NCBI GenBank assembly: GCA_036172245.1
Contig: JAYWIR010000021.1
Coordinates: forward strand, 2,976,001 to 3,040,000
DNA length: 64,000 bases
From: Raillietiella orientalis
Taxonomy: Eukaryota
Direction of reading: 5' to 3'
In this document: positions 1-11,895 of the stretch, in pieces
How the letters are laid out: each line of letters starts with the position of its first letter
Position numbering within the stretch: the first letter of the stretch is position 1
Translations under genes and position numbers: made by a program
Notes under the pieces: model-generated
Databases searched by the model: none
Told to the model about the DNA's origin: nothing
Seen by the model: only the letters and a program-made list of their open reading frames with translations

Positions 1-3000
1 GAGGATCTCATTCGTGAGTGTAGAGTGGCTCTGAGAACGAAGTTCAGATCACGAGTCTCGTGCCTGGAATCTGTTTCGTTGGCGGAGATGTTAAAGCACA
101 GTACCTTCAGCAGTTTATTCTTTCTTGAAAAAATAGCGTGCATCTTCCCTTTGATGCTTGGAAGAGGAAATCATTAAGGCATAACGGAAATTGAAAAAAA
201 AAAACCTCGAAGGAGCAGTTGCCACGTGAAAAAACAGTGGTCTCTGGTCTCCATCCGTGATGATGCAAACCCCGGCAGTTCCTTGAACGGACCAACTAGA
301 ATGCAAGGACTGGAGAATTTCCTATAAAAAGTCAGGCATCAAGAGTGGGGTCCCGGTTCTCCTCTTCCAGATGCAAGATGCTATGGGGAAACTGGATTCA
401 GATGAGGAAAGCAATATTGGTTAGGCGACTGCTTGACTTCACAGCAGCTCAGCACCTATTGCGATTTACGAATGCTTCAGAATTCCCCCCAAAAGATGAA
501 TGTGCCCCGAAATTCCTTGCAAAGAAACAGGATTTACCCTTCGGAGGTTCTTCCCGCTGATTCCGACTGCCAGCTCTGATTTTTGTTCTGAGCTCCCTTG
601 AAACTCGCTACCAGGGTATCCGAAGCAGACTTGGGGAAAAGTTTTCTCTAGGCCTTCCCCAGTTATGAAGGGAGTGTGAAACAAACACGGGATCGTTTTA
701 TCCAAGCTGCTGATTCGAATAACAGAATCTTCCACTTGGTTGTCTCCACAGAATTTTCCTAGGGAGCTCCAGAATCAAGAGATGAAGAAATCAACGGGAT
801 CCAGTAAATAATCTCGAGATTCGTTGTTTTGAAAGATCCTCGTGATGCATTTGAAAGCTCTACGATTTTCTGTTTCATTTCTTTAATTTCAGGGTTTTTT
901 TTTTTTTTCCTTCCTCTTTATTGCCATGATCGCCGAAGAAGGGAAACCTCAACGACAAAAGTGTATGCAAGGCATCGCTGAAAAATAGTGTTAAGAGGAC
1001 ATTTTGCTGATTGAAGAATGTTATAGGAAACAACGGAACTAGAAGAACAAGAACTAGAAGAACAGGTGTGAATGAAGGCAAAAAAATTTCAGTAAGAAGG
1101 AAGGTAGTTTCATCTCAGGATGCTGAAGAGCATGGCATCCTCTGAGGTGCAACGTGGTCGTACATGAGGAACAGTCAACCACTCATTACGCTTTTCATGT
1201 TACTGACACAAACCAGAATCGATGAATTTGCCGTTTTTGTGCATCCGATCAAATCACGCGTCGCCTTCAGAAAAGAAGGGGTGCATTTCTGCGTGAACCC
1301 CCTTTTTTTTGTTTTTTTCAGACTCAGCTTTAGTTTTTCAGTTTGAATCCATTCTATTTCATCATTAAAGGGTGAGCTTTTTGTTATTGCATTCACCCTC
1401 ATCATGTGACTAGTGGATGACCTGTTTCCTCTTAAAACATCTGACCCTGCAGAGACATCTCACAACAATATGCAAAAGGATATAAATTATACTGCTGTGT
1501 AATCCATCTACCAGCATCTCCCATTTCTTTATTCTCATCCCTGTACCATACTCAATTCTCAACTTGCTTCGGATCGACTTCGAAAATCCGTACTGCTTTT
1601 CCAATTTCCTCCTCAACTTGTTTCCGTGGCATGCGTTACCATGCGGCACTGCGATCGTTCTCATGGTTCTGTAACTGACCAAATTCCATTAGATCAAATC
1701 ATCTTGCACCTGAGTTCAGGGTTCCATGTGAACTGATCTTCTGCGCCAATACTTTTCCCTTCTTCATGCTTTGCGCGTTCCTACCTCATAGAAGAATCTT
1801 ACCTATAAGCCCATGTCTTCAAGAATCTATGAAGGATCAAAGATTGTCATATCGATTCTGTTTTAATGAATCAGTCCGAGTCTGTTGCTGGAAAGCAAGC
1901 AGACAGCTCCCATAAGAATATCATCAGGGTATTTGGGAAGAGCTGATTTTCATAACGTCTATAGTCTGGTGTTACTTGCTAAGAATCCAGCGACTCGACT
2001 ATATGAGTATTTCCGTATCGATTATCAAATCATGGAATGAAAGTGGAAATACCTTGGCCTGGGTAGGAAACACTGTTAGTGCTTTGTTTTCCTTGCCGAG
2101 ATTCCTGGAAGAGACCACCTCAGCTGCTCAGAAGCCCTCAGATTCAAGTTTACTGGTTCAACGAAGAGTTCTGTCCTGTTCCCTTAGAATTCTGAATGTG
2201 CCCTTTGCGCTCGTAAGTGGGTCACAAATTGTCATCCTGAGGATCGTTATCCTTAGAATGTCCATGATGAGCATTGCACCGAGAGAAATGGGCATTAAAG
2301 ATTTATACCTCTTCAGGAAGAGAGCTTCCCTAGGCAGGATCCCATTGACTGACTCTGTTTTTGTTTCTTCTGAGTCCCGACATGCTTGATTTCTAAAAGA
2401 CACATAGGCATATCCAAAAGGATGCCACTTTGCTACTCTTTATCGGTCCAGGAATCATAGATGCAGCAGCTTGATTCAAAAATCTGAAGTTGCCTACTTC
2501 GTGACCCTCGGGCTGTTTGTGAGCAGTCTCCTTTCGTGAAGGTCACGTGATCTTTCTGGTTGCTTTTGCTCCGTGGTAGGCATGAAGGTGAAGGAAGCGA
2601 CGAACACCACTGTCGATTTGTTTCCCATTGGATTTCAGCGTTTCTGTTTTTTTTCTTTTTTCAAGTGAGCGAAGTCTCCAAAACTTTCATTTCAGGAGTC
2701 ACATTGGATCAACAACCAATCAAAAGAAGGTGAAGGTTACCCCTTTTCCCCTATGTGAAATAACGCCACGACGAGTTTGCAAATACGAGTTTTTTTTCCG
2801 CGACAGGGTAGGAAACTCCTCCTAAAAAGAGCAAAGAAGACTCCAAAGTTCCCATATCGGTGTGTTCTTGAGAGCCTCCTTTACATTTCTCGCTTCTTCA
2901 TCCGCACTCTTTTCCCCTCCACTTCCAGGTGGGAAGAAGAATGCTCTCTCGTGACCAAGGCCACAACTACATGCGTGATAAAGCGTTTTGCCGCCTCACC

Positions 3001-3644
3001 TTTTTCTTAGGGCTTCCTACATCACATACTCTTCCGAGATTCACTGGAGAAGATGACGGAAATCTCATGCACCATATTGTGAGCTCCTCTTTCTTGCCTT
3101 TGAACCTACAGGGGTGACGGCATTGATTCTTTTGGGCAGCAAGTTCAATTCTTTCTGTGGTTTCTGTGTATCCCTCTTTGATGAGACTTCTGCATTGCAA
3201 GATCGGTAGCCCCAACCAGCTAAAATAAGACTCACTGAACTAGAAACTGAAAAGCTAATATTCCTGTTCGTCAGCTTAGAGTTTCACGGATCTTTAAGGA
3301 TGACAACAGCTGTCATCTTCAAAGTCTAACTCTTTGTCTTGAGAGGAATCTTAAAACAGCAGGTGATTCCTTCAAGAGTCGTACCCTTTCTGAAAATTCT
3401 ACATAGGTGAAAGCTGGAAACCAAATGTCCCCGTTGAGTGGTTGAGATTGGGAGTCGATCCTCCAGGACCCCTTCCAGGAAACAGAATCAGGGAGTCCAG
3501 TTTCCTTTGGAGTTCCTCTTCGCTTGTGCAGATGGAGCCGTCCACCCACCTTACCTACCCTTCCCTCGGAAAAGACCCCCTTTATCTCGTACCATGGAGC
3601 TGGTGGATTGATACCTCTCCGGAGTCCAAGAAGCGTGCTGTTCT

Positions 3645-3900
3645 TTTCAGGAAGTGACCCTTCAGAGAAAATTCGGAAGCCTCCCTTCGGAGTTCTCTTC
3701 AGAGGAGTAACAAGAAGCGGATCCTTTCCGGAGGGTCCCTCCGGATAAGAGACAAATGAGAGGCCCCTCCAGAGGTTATTCTGAAGGATTCCTTCGGAGA
3801 GAACAAGGAAAAGGTTCCCTTCGGGAATTCCTCCCAGGCGTGAGGGTAATGGACCACTTCCTCTGGAGCCTTCCTGGATTCATAGGATGGTCACCTCCAG
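3645..3900. repeat. Degenerate ~13-14-bp-period minisatellite-like tract with self-complementary TYCRGA cores
   Basis: TTCAGA/TTCGGA/TCCGGA/TCCAGA cores at about 3661, 3672, 3686, 3698, 3727, 3740, 3768, 3793 and 3820, spaced ~11-15 or ~25-30 bp. Includes the palindrome TCCGGAGGG-T-CCCTCCGGA at 3727-3745. Confidence 0.5.
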
Positions 3901-6900
3901 GGGTGCCCCCTATCTTGAAGAGTTAATACTCACCCTCGGGTGGCGTGGAACAGCGTCAAAGACCTTCGTGAGCCAGCAGGCGAGCTGCTCTTCAGCGCTT
4001 GACGTGCCAAAGAAAAAAGGAAAGCAATCCTCTAAGAATTTAAGAGTTGGCAAGTGAAGGGGGAGGGTCAGTGAATGAATAAATAAGTTGAGGATGACAA
4101 GAACCAACCTCTTTACGATGAGTCTCACCGGAAACGGAAGGGAAGGGGAGGGAGGAAGAAGGCACTCACCGGTGGTCCGTTGAGACTTCCTGACAGAGTT
4201 TTCTGGCGACACGCACCACCACTCCGCATGGGAGAGGCGGCCACCACGAAAGGGTCTCTGGTGAGAAGACCGCTTGATGGCAGATGACCGGCTGGCGAGG
4301 ATTCAAGAGGCGAAGGGCCTGTGGAGGTGGATGCCCTTTTGCAGCTAACTCCGGAAATGGTCTTTCGGATATACAAGCGCCATTATGGCAGCACTTCTCG
4401 AGAGGCTTCTGAAGCCCTGCTCGTTCCGGAAGCACGTGCGGAGGAGTCTTCACGGTTCCGCGGCGCGGCATCCTTCTGGGGAAGGAGGTTAGAGGAGGGA
4501 GGCGAGGCTGCCCGCTCCTTCCGGCAGGATGTTCCTTGTTTTCTTATCCGTTGTATGTCTTCGAAAATGCGTCTACCTGGAGGTCCGAGAGTCTTTGAAA
4601 AAACAAGGGTGGACTTCCGGCCGAAGCGCCTAGCGGCCCGCCTTGCTGCCATCCCATGCAGTCGTGGAGAAAAGATGACCGTACGGAGACCTGAGGGAGA
4701 TTCTCGGCCTCCCCTATTCGACCCTTTCCTCCCACGAGAGGGCTTCCGACAAGTCCCATCGCTTGGACCCCAGGGCGTGTCTCGCTGCTCTTTCTCTTGA
4801 GTCCGTCGTATCCCCTGACTCCTTCAGACGTCCCTCTCCGGTCCATTGAAAAAGTGCGCGGCACAAAGCTCCTGGCAACGGCATCCTCGAAAGGTTTTAT
4901 CGCTGGACTCCCGCCAGAATCATGGAAGAACGCGAAGAACCCTCGGATATGGGGAATGCGATGAGGAGGAAGGGGAAGAGGGAAGATTCCCGAGAGAGAT
5001 GCGATCCACGAGATCAGTGAGCGAGAAGGGAGCAAAAAAATCCCCTTGAATTGGACGAACACCCCTACTGCAAACGCCTTCCGCGTCCTTCAGCTTTTTC
5101 GAGCGAGAAAACTCGAGGGGTGACCGACCAGGCTCCCTGTCGTCGCGGATCAACGTGACTCTACGGTCCGACCGTGCGCTCCCACCGACGAATAAAGGGA
5201 AGAAACGCTTCCCCTAGAAAAAAAAAAAAGGAAGGAGAAGGAAGCGGTCCCTGGGTGACTTTTTTGAATCACTGTTAAGTCCTGCAGCACCGGGCTTTCT
5301 GGGGTGTTTCCATCAGAGAAGCGTCGCGAAAACCTCGCGGAAACCTCAACCTCAACTCATACATTTGAAAACCTCACGCGGCGCGTGCCATATCTGTAAA
5401 GCGATCCCACGAAATCTCCTCCCCCTCCGACCCACTCCCTTCACTGCCGATCTACTTTTGTCCTTTTGGAGTCGAAGCGGTCGTGTGCGCCGCAAAGGGC
5501 CTCCTCTGCCCCAACGACGGCAATGTCTCCGAGAGAACTTCTCGAGGAGCAGGACGGCAGTCCAAGAGAAGCGGACCGCAGCGGACGTCGGACAAGCGGC
5601 TCGTCTCGAACCCCGAGGAAAAGGGACGGAGGTGGTCTCAGAGGAATCGCGGCGCGAGTAAGTGAAACCCGCGCAGGGGAGGGGGTAGAGGAAGGGAGCG
5701 AGGGCCGCTCGGAAATTCAGCCAGAGGGATTGCCCAGCCGGTTTGGATCACGGCATCGACGACGGCCGGCGGGGAAAGCTCTGAGGAAGAACGACTTCTC
5801 TCTCGTCTCTCTCCCTCGAAGCAGAGGTTTCGAGGGCGCAGCAGGCCCTCGTGTCTTTTGTAGTCCCTTTCGTTTCAGGAAGCGCGCCCTCCGTGCCACT
5901 CTTCAAGCTTACCCCCCACACCTTTCAAAGTCCTCAGGTCGAACTCAGACTCTGCTCGCAGAGGATACTGTGGCAATGAGCCATGGCTGGACACCCTCCC
6001 ATCTCCCCAAAGACAGACCGTACCTTCCTCATAAGGGAGGGACTAGTCTCTTTTTTCTTGTCGCTGGTACCCCAGGATGTTTGACTCTCGTCCTTCTCAT
6101 CCACACCCTTCCTGTCTCACCCAGTTCCACGTCGGTGGCACTGCGTGTTCCTTTCTCTAGCGTCTCTAAAGCGCTGCTTGACCCTCGTCCTACCGGAGGA
6201 GGTTGCGCAAATGCGGAGCTCGACACACAGATGCAGACGGGTTAGCCCTTTTCTGATGTCCCCTTCTCCCTCATTCTCCTTCCTCCTACTAACAGCCTTT
6301 TTCCCTCGTTAGGAACGGAGTGAGAGAAAGGAAAAGGAAGAAGTAGCTATTTTCAGCTCCCCCTTTTCTCCCCATCCCCACTTAGCATAAAAGGACCACG
6401 CGGGCAGCGAGCACAGACTAGAGCTTCAGATGGGATGGTGGGGTTCCCCTTCGCAGGAGCCTTCGAGGAGAGGTGACGGAAAGAGGAAGAGGGAGAGACA
6501 CTCGTTTGCCTCTTCTACTCTAAATCATTCGCAACTCCGTCCGAAACTTCGACCACGAAAGCGGCGACCTGCAACGAAGGGCATCAGGGCGAAGAATCCG
6601 GTGAACGAGTGCCAAAGAGCGAAGCTTCCAGAATGTTCCTGTTTCATTGCGCGCTCGTCGCCCTGAAAGCATGTGGAAGACAGGGGCACTGCGTTTTTGA
6701 TTTCGCCTTTTTTGACCCACCCGCCTCCACCCTCCTTTCTCATTGCAAATAGAGAAACTTGCAGGAGTGAAGAAGCTAGGAATCATCCATCAAGGATCCA
6801 TCGAGACTGGAGCTCGACTCCCTAGGGAGAGCAGTCAGGTCAGGTGTCAGGCCACGAAGGTCGGGTGGCGTACAAGCTCAGACCAGAGATCTGCTACCTA

Positions 6901-9900
6901 ATCCACTCATCGAAGACCTCAGGCTGCCGAGGAAAGGCCGCTCTTATTTCGGATTGGCGGAAGCCAATAGGCAGCTTCGGCGGAGATGGTTCAAAGAGTA
7001 AGCGGGGACCACTCCCCCTGAAGAAAACAGCTTGACGGTGCTCGCTGAGACCGCTCTGCGAGGGGAATGGAAAATTCTCAGCGGATGGAGGCAGCGGCTG
7101 CAGACGAGTCCAAGTGGCCACTTTCCTGCAGCCCAAGAAGAACGGCACGTGCCTCCGCCTCGGCTCAGCGAAACTCGCCGGAAGGTATACAGTCTTTCCT
7201 CTCGCATCTTTTCCCGCCTCGGGCTTGAGTTCAGTAACAACGGCCTTGAAGTGGAACCATCACCCGACCTCCGCTCGATGAAATCCCTGCAAGAACAGAT
7301 ACTGGGCAGCTAATGAATCCAGTGTAAAAGGGGTGCTAGGAGGCAGCGTTACGACCTTGGACCTCTATGGAAGCATTTCAGCATTTTTTTTCCTTTTTTC
7401 AGAAACTCTGGGTTCGAAAAGGGAAACCTCTCCACGGAAACTGGAGAAGAACTTCAGGACAGTGTCCCTGCCGAAAGGACCCTCTCCATTCACACTCCAA
7501 GGCTTCACCCGCATGAACTCCAGTCCACATCCTCGACGGAAGAGTTCCAATCCCGGTCCTTCCTGAATGCGCACGGCAACGCGAGATGCTATCACGGACA
7601 GGCCTGCTTGAAGCAAGAGGATCTCATCCTGCTTTCAGTACCGCTGCCACCAGGTGAACCCAGGGCGTTTTTTTTTTTTTTTTCATTTTCCCCAAGAAAC
7701 TGGGCGTGCATGACTCCTCGGAGAGCTCCAGGACAGAATGTGACCCGACGACTCGCAAGTCGGCTGAGCAGAAGCACCAGCAGAGCGGAGGGAAGGGGAC
7801 AGCAAGTGAATAAACGAGGAAAAAGGGGACAGAGACTGCGGTTCTCCGAGGTTCCATCTCGTGGCTTCTTCAGCAGGCAACTTGAGATGCGGGCGGTGTC
7901 CTCTGCCTTTGCTCCTCGCGGATGTGGTCCATTTCGCCGCGTTCCTCCCTCGTCACGGAGGAAGCGAAGCGCACCATTCTTGCTGCCGCGCCTCCGGCAC
8001 GTGGCAGCGCCAGTTACGCAACCGTCCTGGAGCAATGCGGGACCGGGCGAGCCCGGGAGTCAGGAGAGAGAGGCGATTCGCGCGGGGGAAGCAGAGCCGC
8101 GAGGTGTTCCCAACTGCTCCGAAGAGCAGAGCGCTCCAGAAGCAGGCGAGGGAACGTTCCCATCCTCCTTCCCTCCTATTTAGGCTGGTGAGACAACTCT
8201 CGTTGCACGCGGAAATTCCGACGCGCGAGGAGCAACGCCGCATCCTGCCGCTTACGGGGGATCGCGGAGCTGCCTAGATCAAACGAAAGGACCTCGAGTG
8301 CGAGAGTGGAAGTTCAGAAGATCCTCCCAATCGAGCATTCCTTCCTCCGCTGACCGACTCGTCGAGGCTATCAATCCAAGGGCAGTTGTCCTACCCCTTC
8401 TTGCACGAGAACTCCCACCCCATCCGTTGGCAGCTTCCGTTCCTCTCCCATAAAAAAGATAGCGACGCAGCTAAAGGAGAAACAATGAAGAGGGCCGCCT
8501 CTTCCTTGTTTCTTTGGACCAGACCGATAGACATTCAAGGAAAATGTTCCTAGGATGTCGATCTTTTCATCCTAGATTTTCCGGTCATTTATTCAAAACA
8601 AATAAATGAAACTTTTGCAATCAGAGGGAGAACCAGCATGTACCTGCTCGAAGCGGAAGTGACTGACCTTGCTGAGGACAGAACTAGGGAGGAGTAGGAG
8701 GAGTAGAAGCTTCCTCAGTAAATAAATGAATGGATAGAGGATAGGATGAACTGTTCTCATGGTAATGAACATGATTCTTGAGGGTCCTCGTCGAGCAGGG
8801 ATGGGATGGGAGAAGAGGGTGTCGGGACTTCACATCCCAGATCGGACCACTCCAACGCCCTTTGCTCGCAATTGCAAATGACCCTCTGAAATGGGGTCAC
8901 TCCTTCCCTTCAGTTTGGCGGTCACCGTTGTAGGCACTCGTCAGAGGATCGCGAACCACGAGGCGACTGGTGAGGCAAGAGACGTAAACGCATTTGGGAT
9001 AAGATTCGGAGCATTGAAGCAGCATCCAGAGATCGGATACGATGAGCTTCCAGCCCTGCATCCTGGCTCACTTCAGCACACACATGCGGAAGGATTCCCT
9101 CTCTCTCGCAGTGGGTGCATTCCTTGAGAATTCTCCCTGCTGAGACTTGGTGAAGTCCCTCACTTTGTGGGAATTCACTGTCCCTTACAATAGCACGTTG
9201 CTATGGTAGTGAAAATGAAGGACGGAGGCGTCGATCAGGAATCCCGGAACCTCGGGGCATTTCCCAGGGGGAATTCCGAGAAACTCGATGCATTTCGGGT
9301 CAGTCGATGGGAGACCCAGCCGAGACGTCTCACAGACTGACCGGCTCGGTAAACCGGTCACCCGCGATCAGGCGGGAGACCTCTTATGTTGCTCCAGAGC
9401 GTGCGTATCCACAGGACAGTGCACTTTCGTGTCGGAAGCACGATGTAGCCAGCTGACCAGGTGAAGCAGTCGATTTCTGAAGCATCACACGAGGCGGTCT
9501 GAAGCTGGTCTCCTGGTTTCATAGTTATGATGCATTGCTGCTGACTATGGTTTCCTAGGGACAAGGTCACTATGGAGATACACTTGTAATCGCAGCTCTG
9601 CCAACCGTGACTCTCAGAGAGGGTGCTATGCGCTCGGAGAACGCGGGTTCAGCACTCATGGGGAGCTCTGTGGGATCTAATCGGCAAACCCGAAGGAAAC
9701 TTCACTGGCCGCTCTCTGTTCTCAACCGAACAGCTCTTCCAAAGAACCTGGTGGGAATTCCCGTAGCTCTTCAGAAGACAGGCTTGTTCAGTTCCTCTCC
9801 GAAGAAAAGCGTATGGAGCTCCAAAGGATCCACAGGGTGAACGAGGTAAAACAACCTAGGGAACGAGTAAAGTGGTCAGGACGTTGCTGCTGGAGGCTAC

Positions 9901-10040
9901 TCCTTGCATATTCCCTCGCCGAGTAGCTCCAATCCTTCTTATCTCTGGATCTCAGGGTAGGGATGAGGACCGATGGCTTCCACGAGGCCTTCTAGGCAAA
10001 TGAAGACAGCCATGACCTCTTCAGCTGCTTTTTTTCTGGG

Positions 10041-10485
10041 AACGGCTTCGAAATGCGGGGTTTTTGCTGCCCTGGCTCCGGAGTCACAGAGAGGAAGAAA
10101 AGCCTGCAAGCTTCTTGGATCTGCCCGTGGACGAGCGGACCTGAACAGAGGCGACCGTGAAGAGAGGAGACCATCCTGCTCTGAGACCCTCTGGAGACCA
10201 CGCAGCTCGATAGGCGCACAGCAGCACGCCCATGCGGACACTGGAGAGAGCAGCCCGAAGCAACTTCGATGACCTTTCGAGAGGAACGCTGGCAGTCTTG
10301 AAAGCGGCTGCTCCTTTGCTGATGCTACCGGAGATGGTCGCCCTTCCTCAGGGACCACCGGTGGAAAACCAGACGCTCCCAAGACGTTCTGTGATAGACG
10401 GGACGGGAGAGTTCTCCGTAGGTAAGCGAGGGATGAAACGGAATTGGACGTGGATCCTGGCTGCCAACTGCCTCTCGGGAACCCC
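10041..10485 (+). repeat. Inverted repeat copy A (~445 bp), reverse complement of 12766-13209
   Basis: Manual alignment to the reverse complement of 12766-13209 shows 4 substitutions over the ~415-bp core (10064-10479) and more divergent edges. The ORF track gives the same peptide (MRTLERAARSNF...) on opposite strands. Confidence 0.95.
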
Positions 10486-11895
10486 TTATCTTCCGAGAGG
10501 TCAGGACGTCTGGAGTCCATGATCATTCCTGGAATCAATAGGGTTTACCTGGAAGACATCCTCCATGAAAGCCAGCAAAGGACAATTTGCGAAGGCCAGG
10601 CATCTTTTCCCTCCCTCCCCCACATCTAATCTTACTCTCTTTTCTCCTTGTTTCATCCTGAGGATGCGCGATCAAGGTTATCGAAAGTCACCTGACCGGG
10701 AGTGACGGTCGCCCCTCTCCCAGTAAGATTCCACCTCGTCTTCTTTCCCTGAACCTCCTCTTCGAGGCTGACGCTACATCTCAGAGCAAGATCGAGTCAA
10801 CACTTGACGACAATGGGAGAGAGGATCGGACAAGCGAATGCCTTTTCTGGATGCTGCGTGGATGGAAAGAGGGGGGGAAGAAGGAAGCAAGGATGCTGCC
10901 AGGCTGAAGATGAGGTTCCCGCCTATAGGGATGAAGAGGGATTATCGCGGAATCTTCGTTCTGAAATGTCGTCCGTCGTCCTGTCCTCCCCAAGTGATTG
11001 CCTCCACGATGAGGAACCCCATAGACAAGAACCAAATGCAGTAATCGAGCTCTCCGTCATGGCAACGGGAGGAGGAACACCGGAAAAAAAGGGACCAGAA
11101 GATGAAAAATAGGAAGCAAGCAGCAGTGGTATTTTGACTGTAGAAAGTCGGGCGCTGTCTCCTTTTTTTTATTTTTTGCTCTTTCTCTCTGTTCGCTTTC
11201 AAACTGGGAAGGACATGCACCAGCGATGACGATGACGCCATTTTTCGTCCCTTCGTTCCCACATGGTCTCCTGCCTTTCAGAGTGCACGGATGACTTCAC
11301 GCCTTCCCGGATCTGGCTAGAAACGCATTGATCTGCGTGAACCTGAATCGAATGATCCAGGAGGCAGAAATCATCTGTGGATCTGAATCGGGAGGGGTTC
11401 CCAAGGGAATTGGTCAGAATCCAAAGATGTCAACGAACGATGTCTAGTCCCCTGGTTGGTGCAAGGACGTCCCAGGATAACACCGTCATCACCACTTCAC
11501 CATCCGAAGAGCGTTCCTTCGATGGACAGCATCCAGGAGTCCTTTCTTCTGTATAAGAAAAAAAAAAAAACCGAAATTCTAACGAAGCAGGGAGCGAGGG
11601 GAGGCGGAGAAAGGAGGAAGCGAGGAGGGAGAAGCGGGAGACTAAAGGACCCATCTCACTTCCTTTCTTTCCTTGAATCTTTTCCTCCCTTTCCTGGTGG
11701 TTCCCCGTTCCTCCCCGTTTGGACCGTCCTTCGTTGCCGTGAAAGCCAGGAAACACACGGGGAGCTCGCTGCTCCGACCGCCGTGAGGGGGGTGAAGGAA
11801 GAATCTTTCTCTCCCTTCTCGACTGCCACTCCCGCTCCGCGTCCCGGCAACGAGGAAGGGGAGGGGCTCCGGAAACCCTCCTCCCCTGTCAGACG

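Noticed and set aside
6850..6910. GRVAYKLRPE...IH resembling the Ty3/gypsy integrase C-terminal motif
   Set aside because: A short match only; no integrase core, RT or LTRs recognised nearby.
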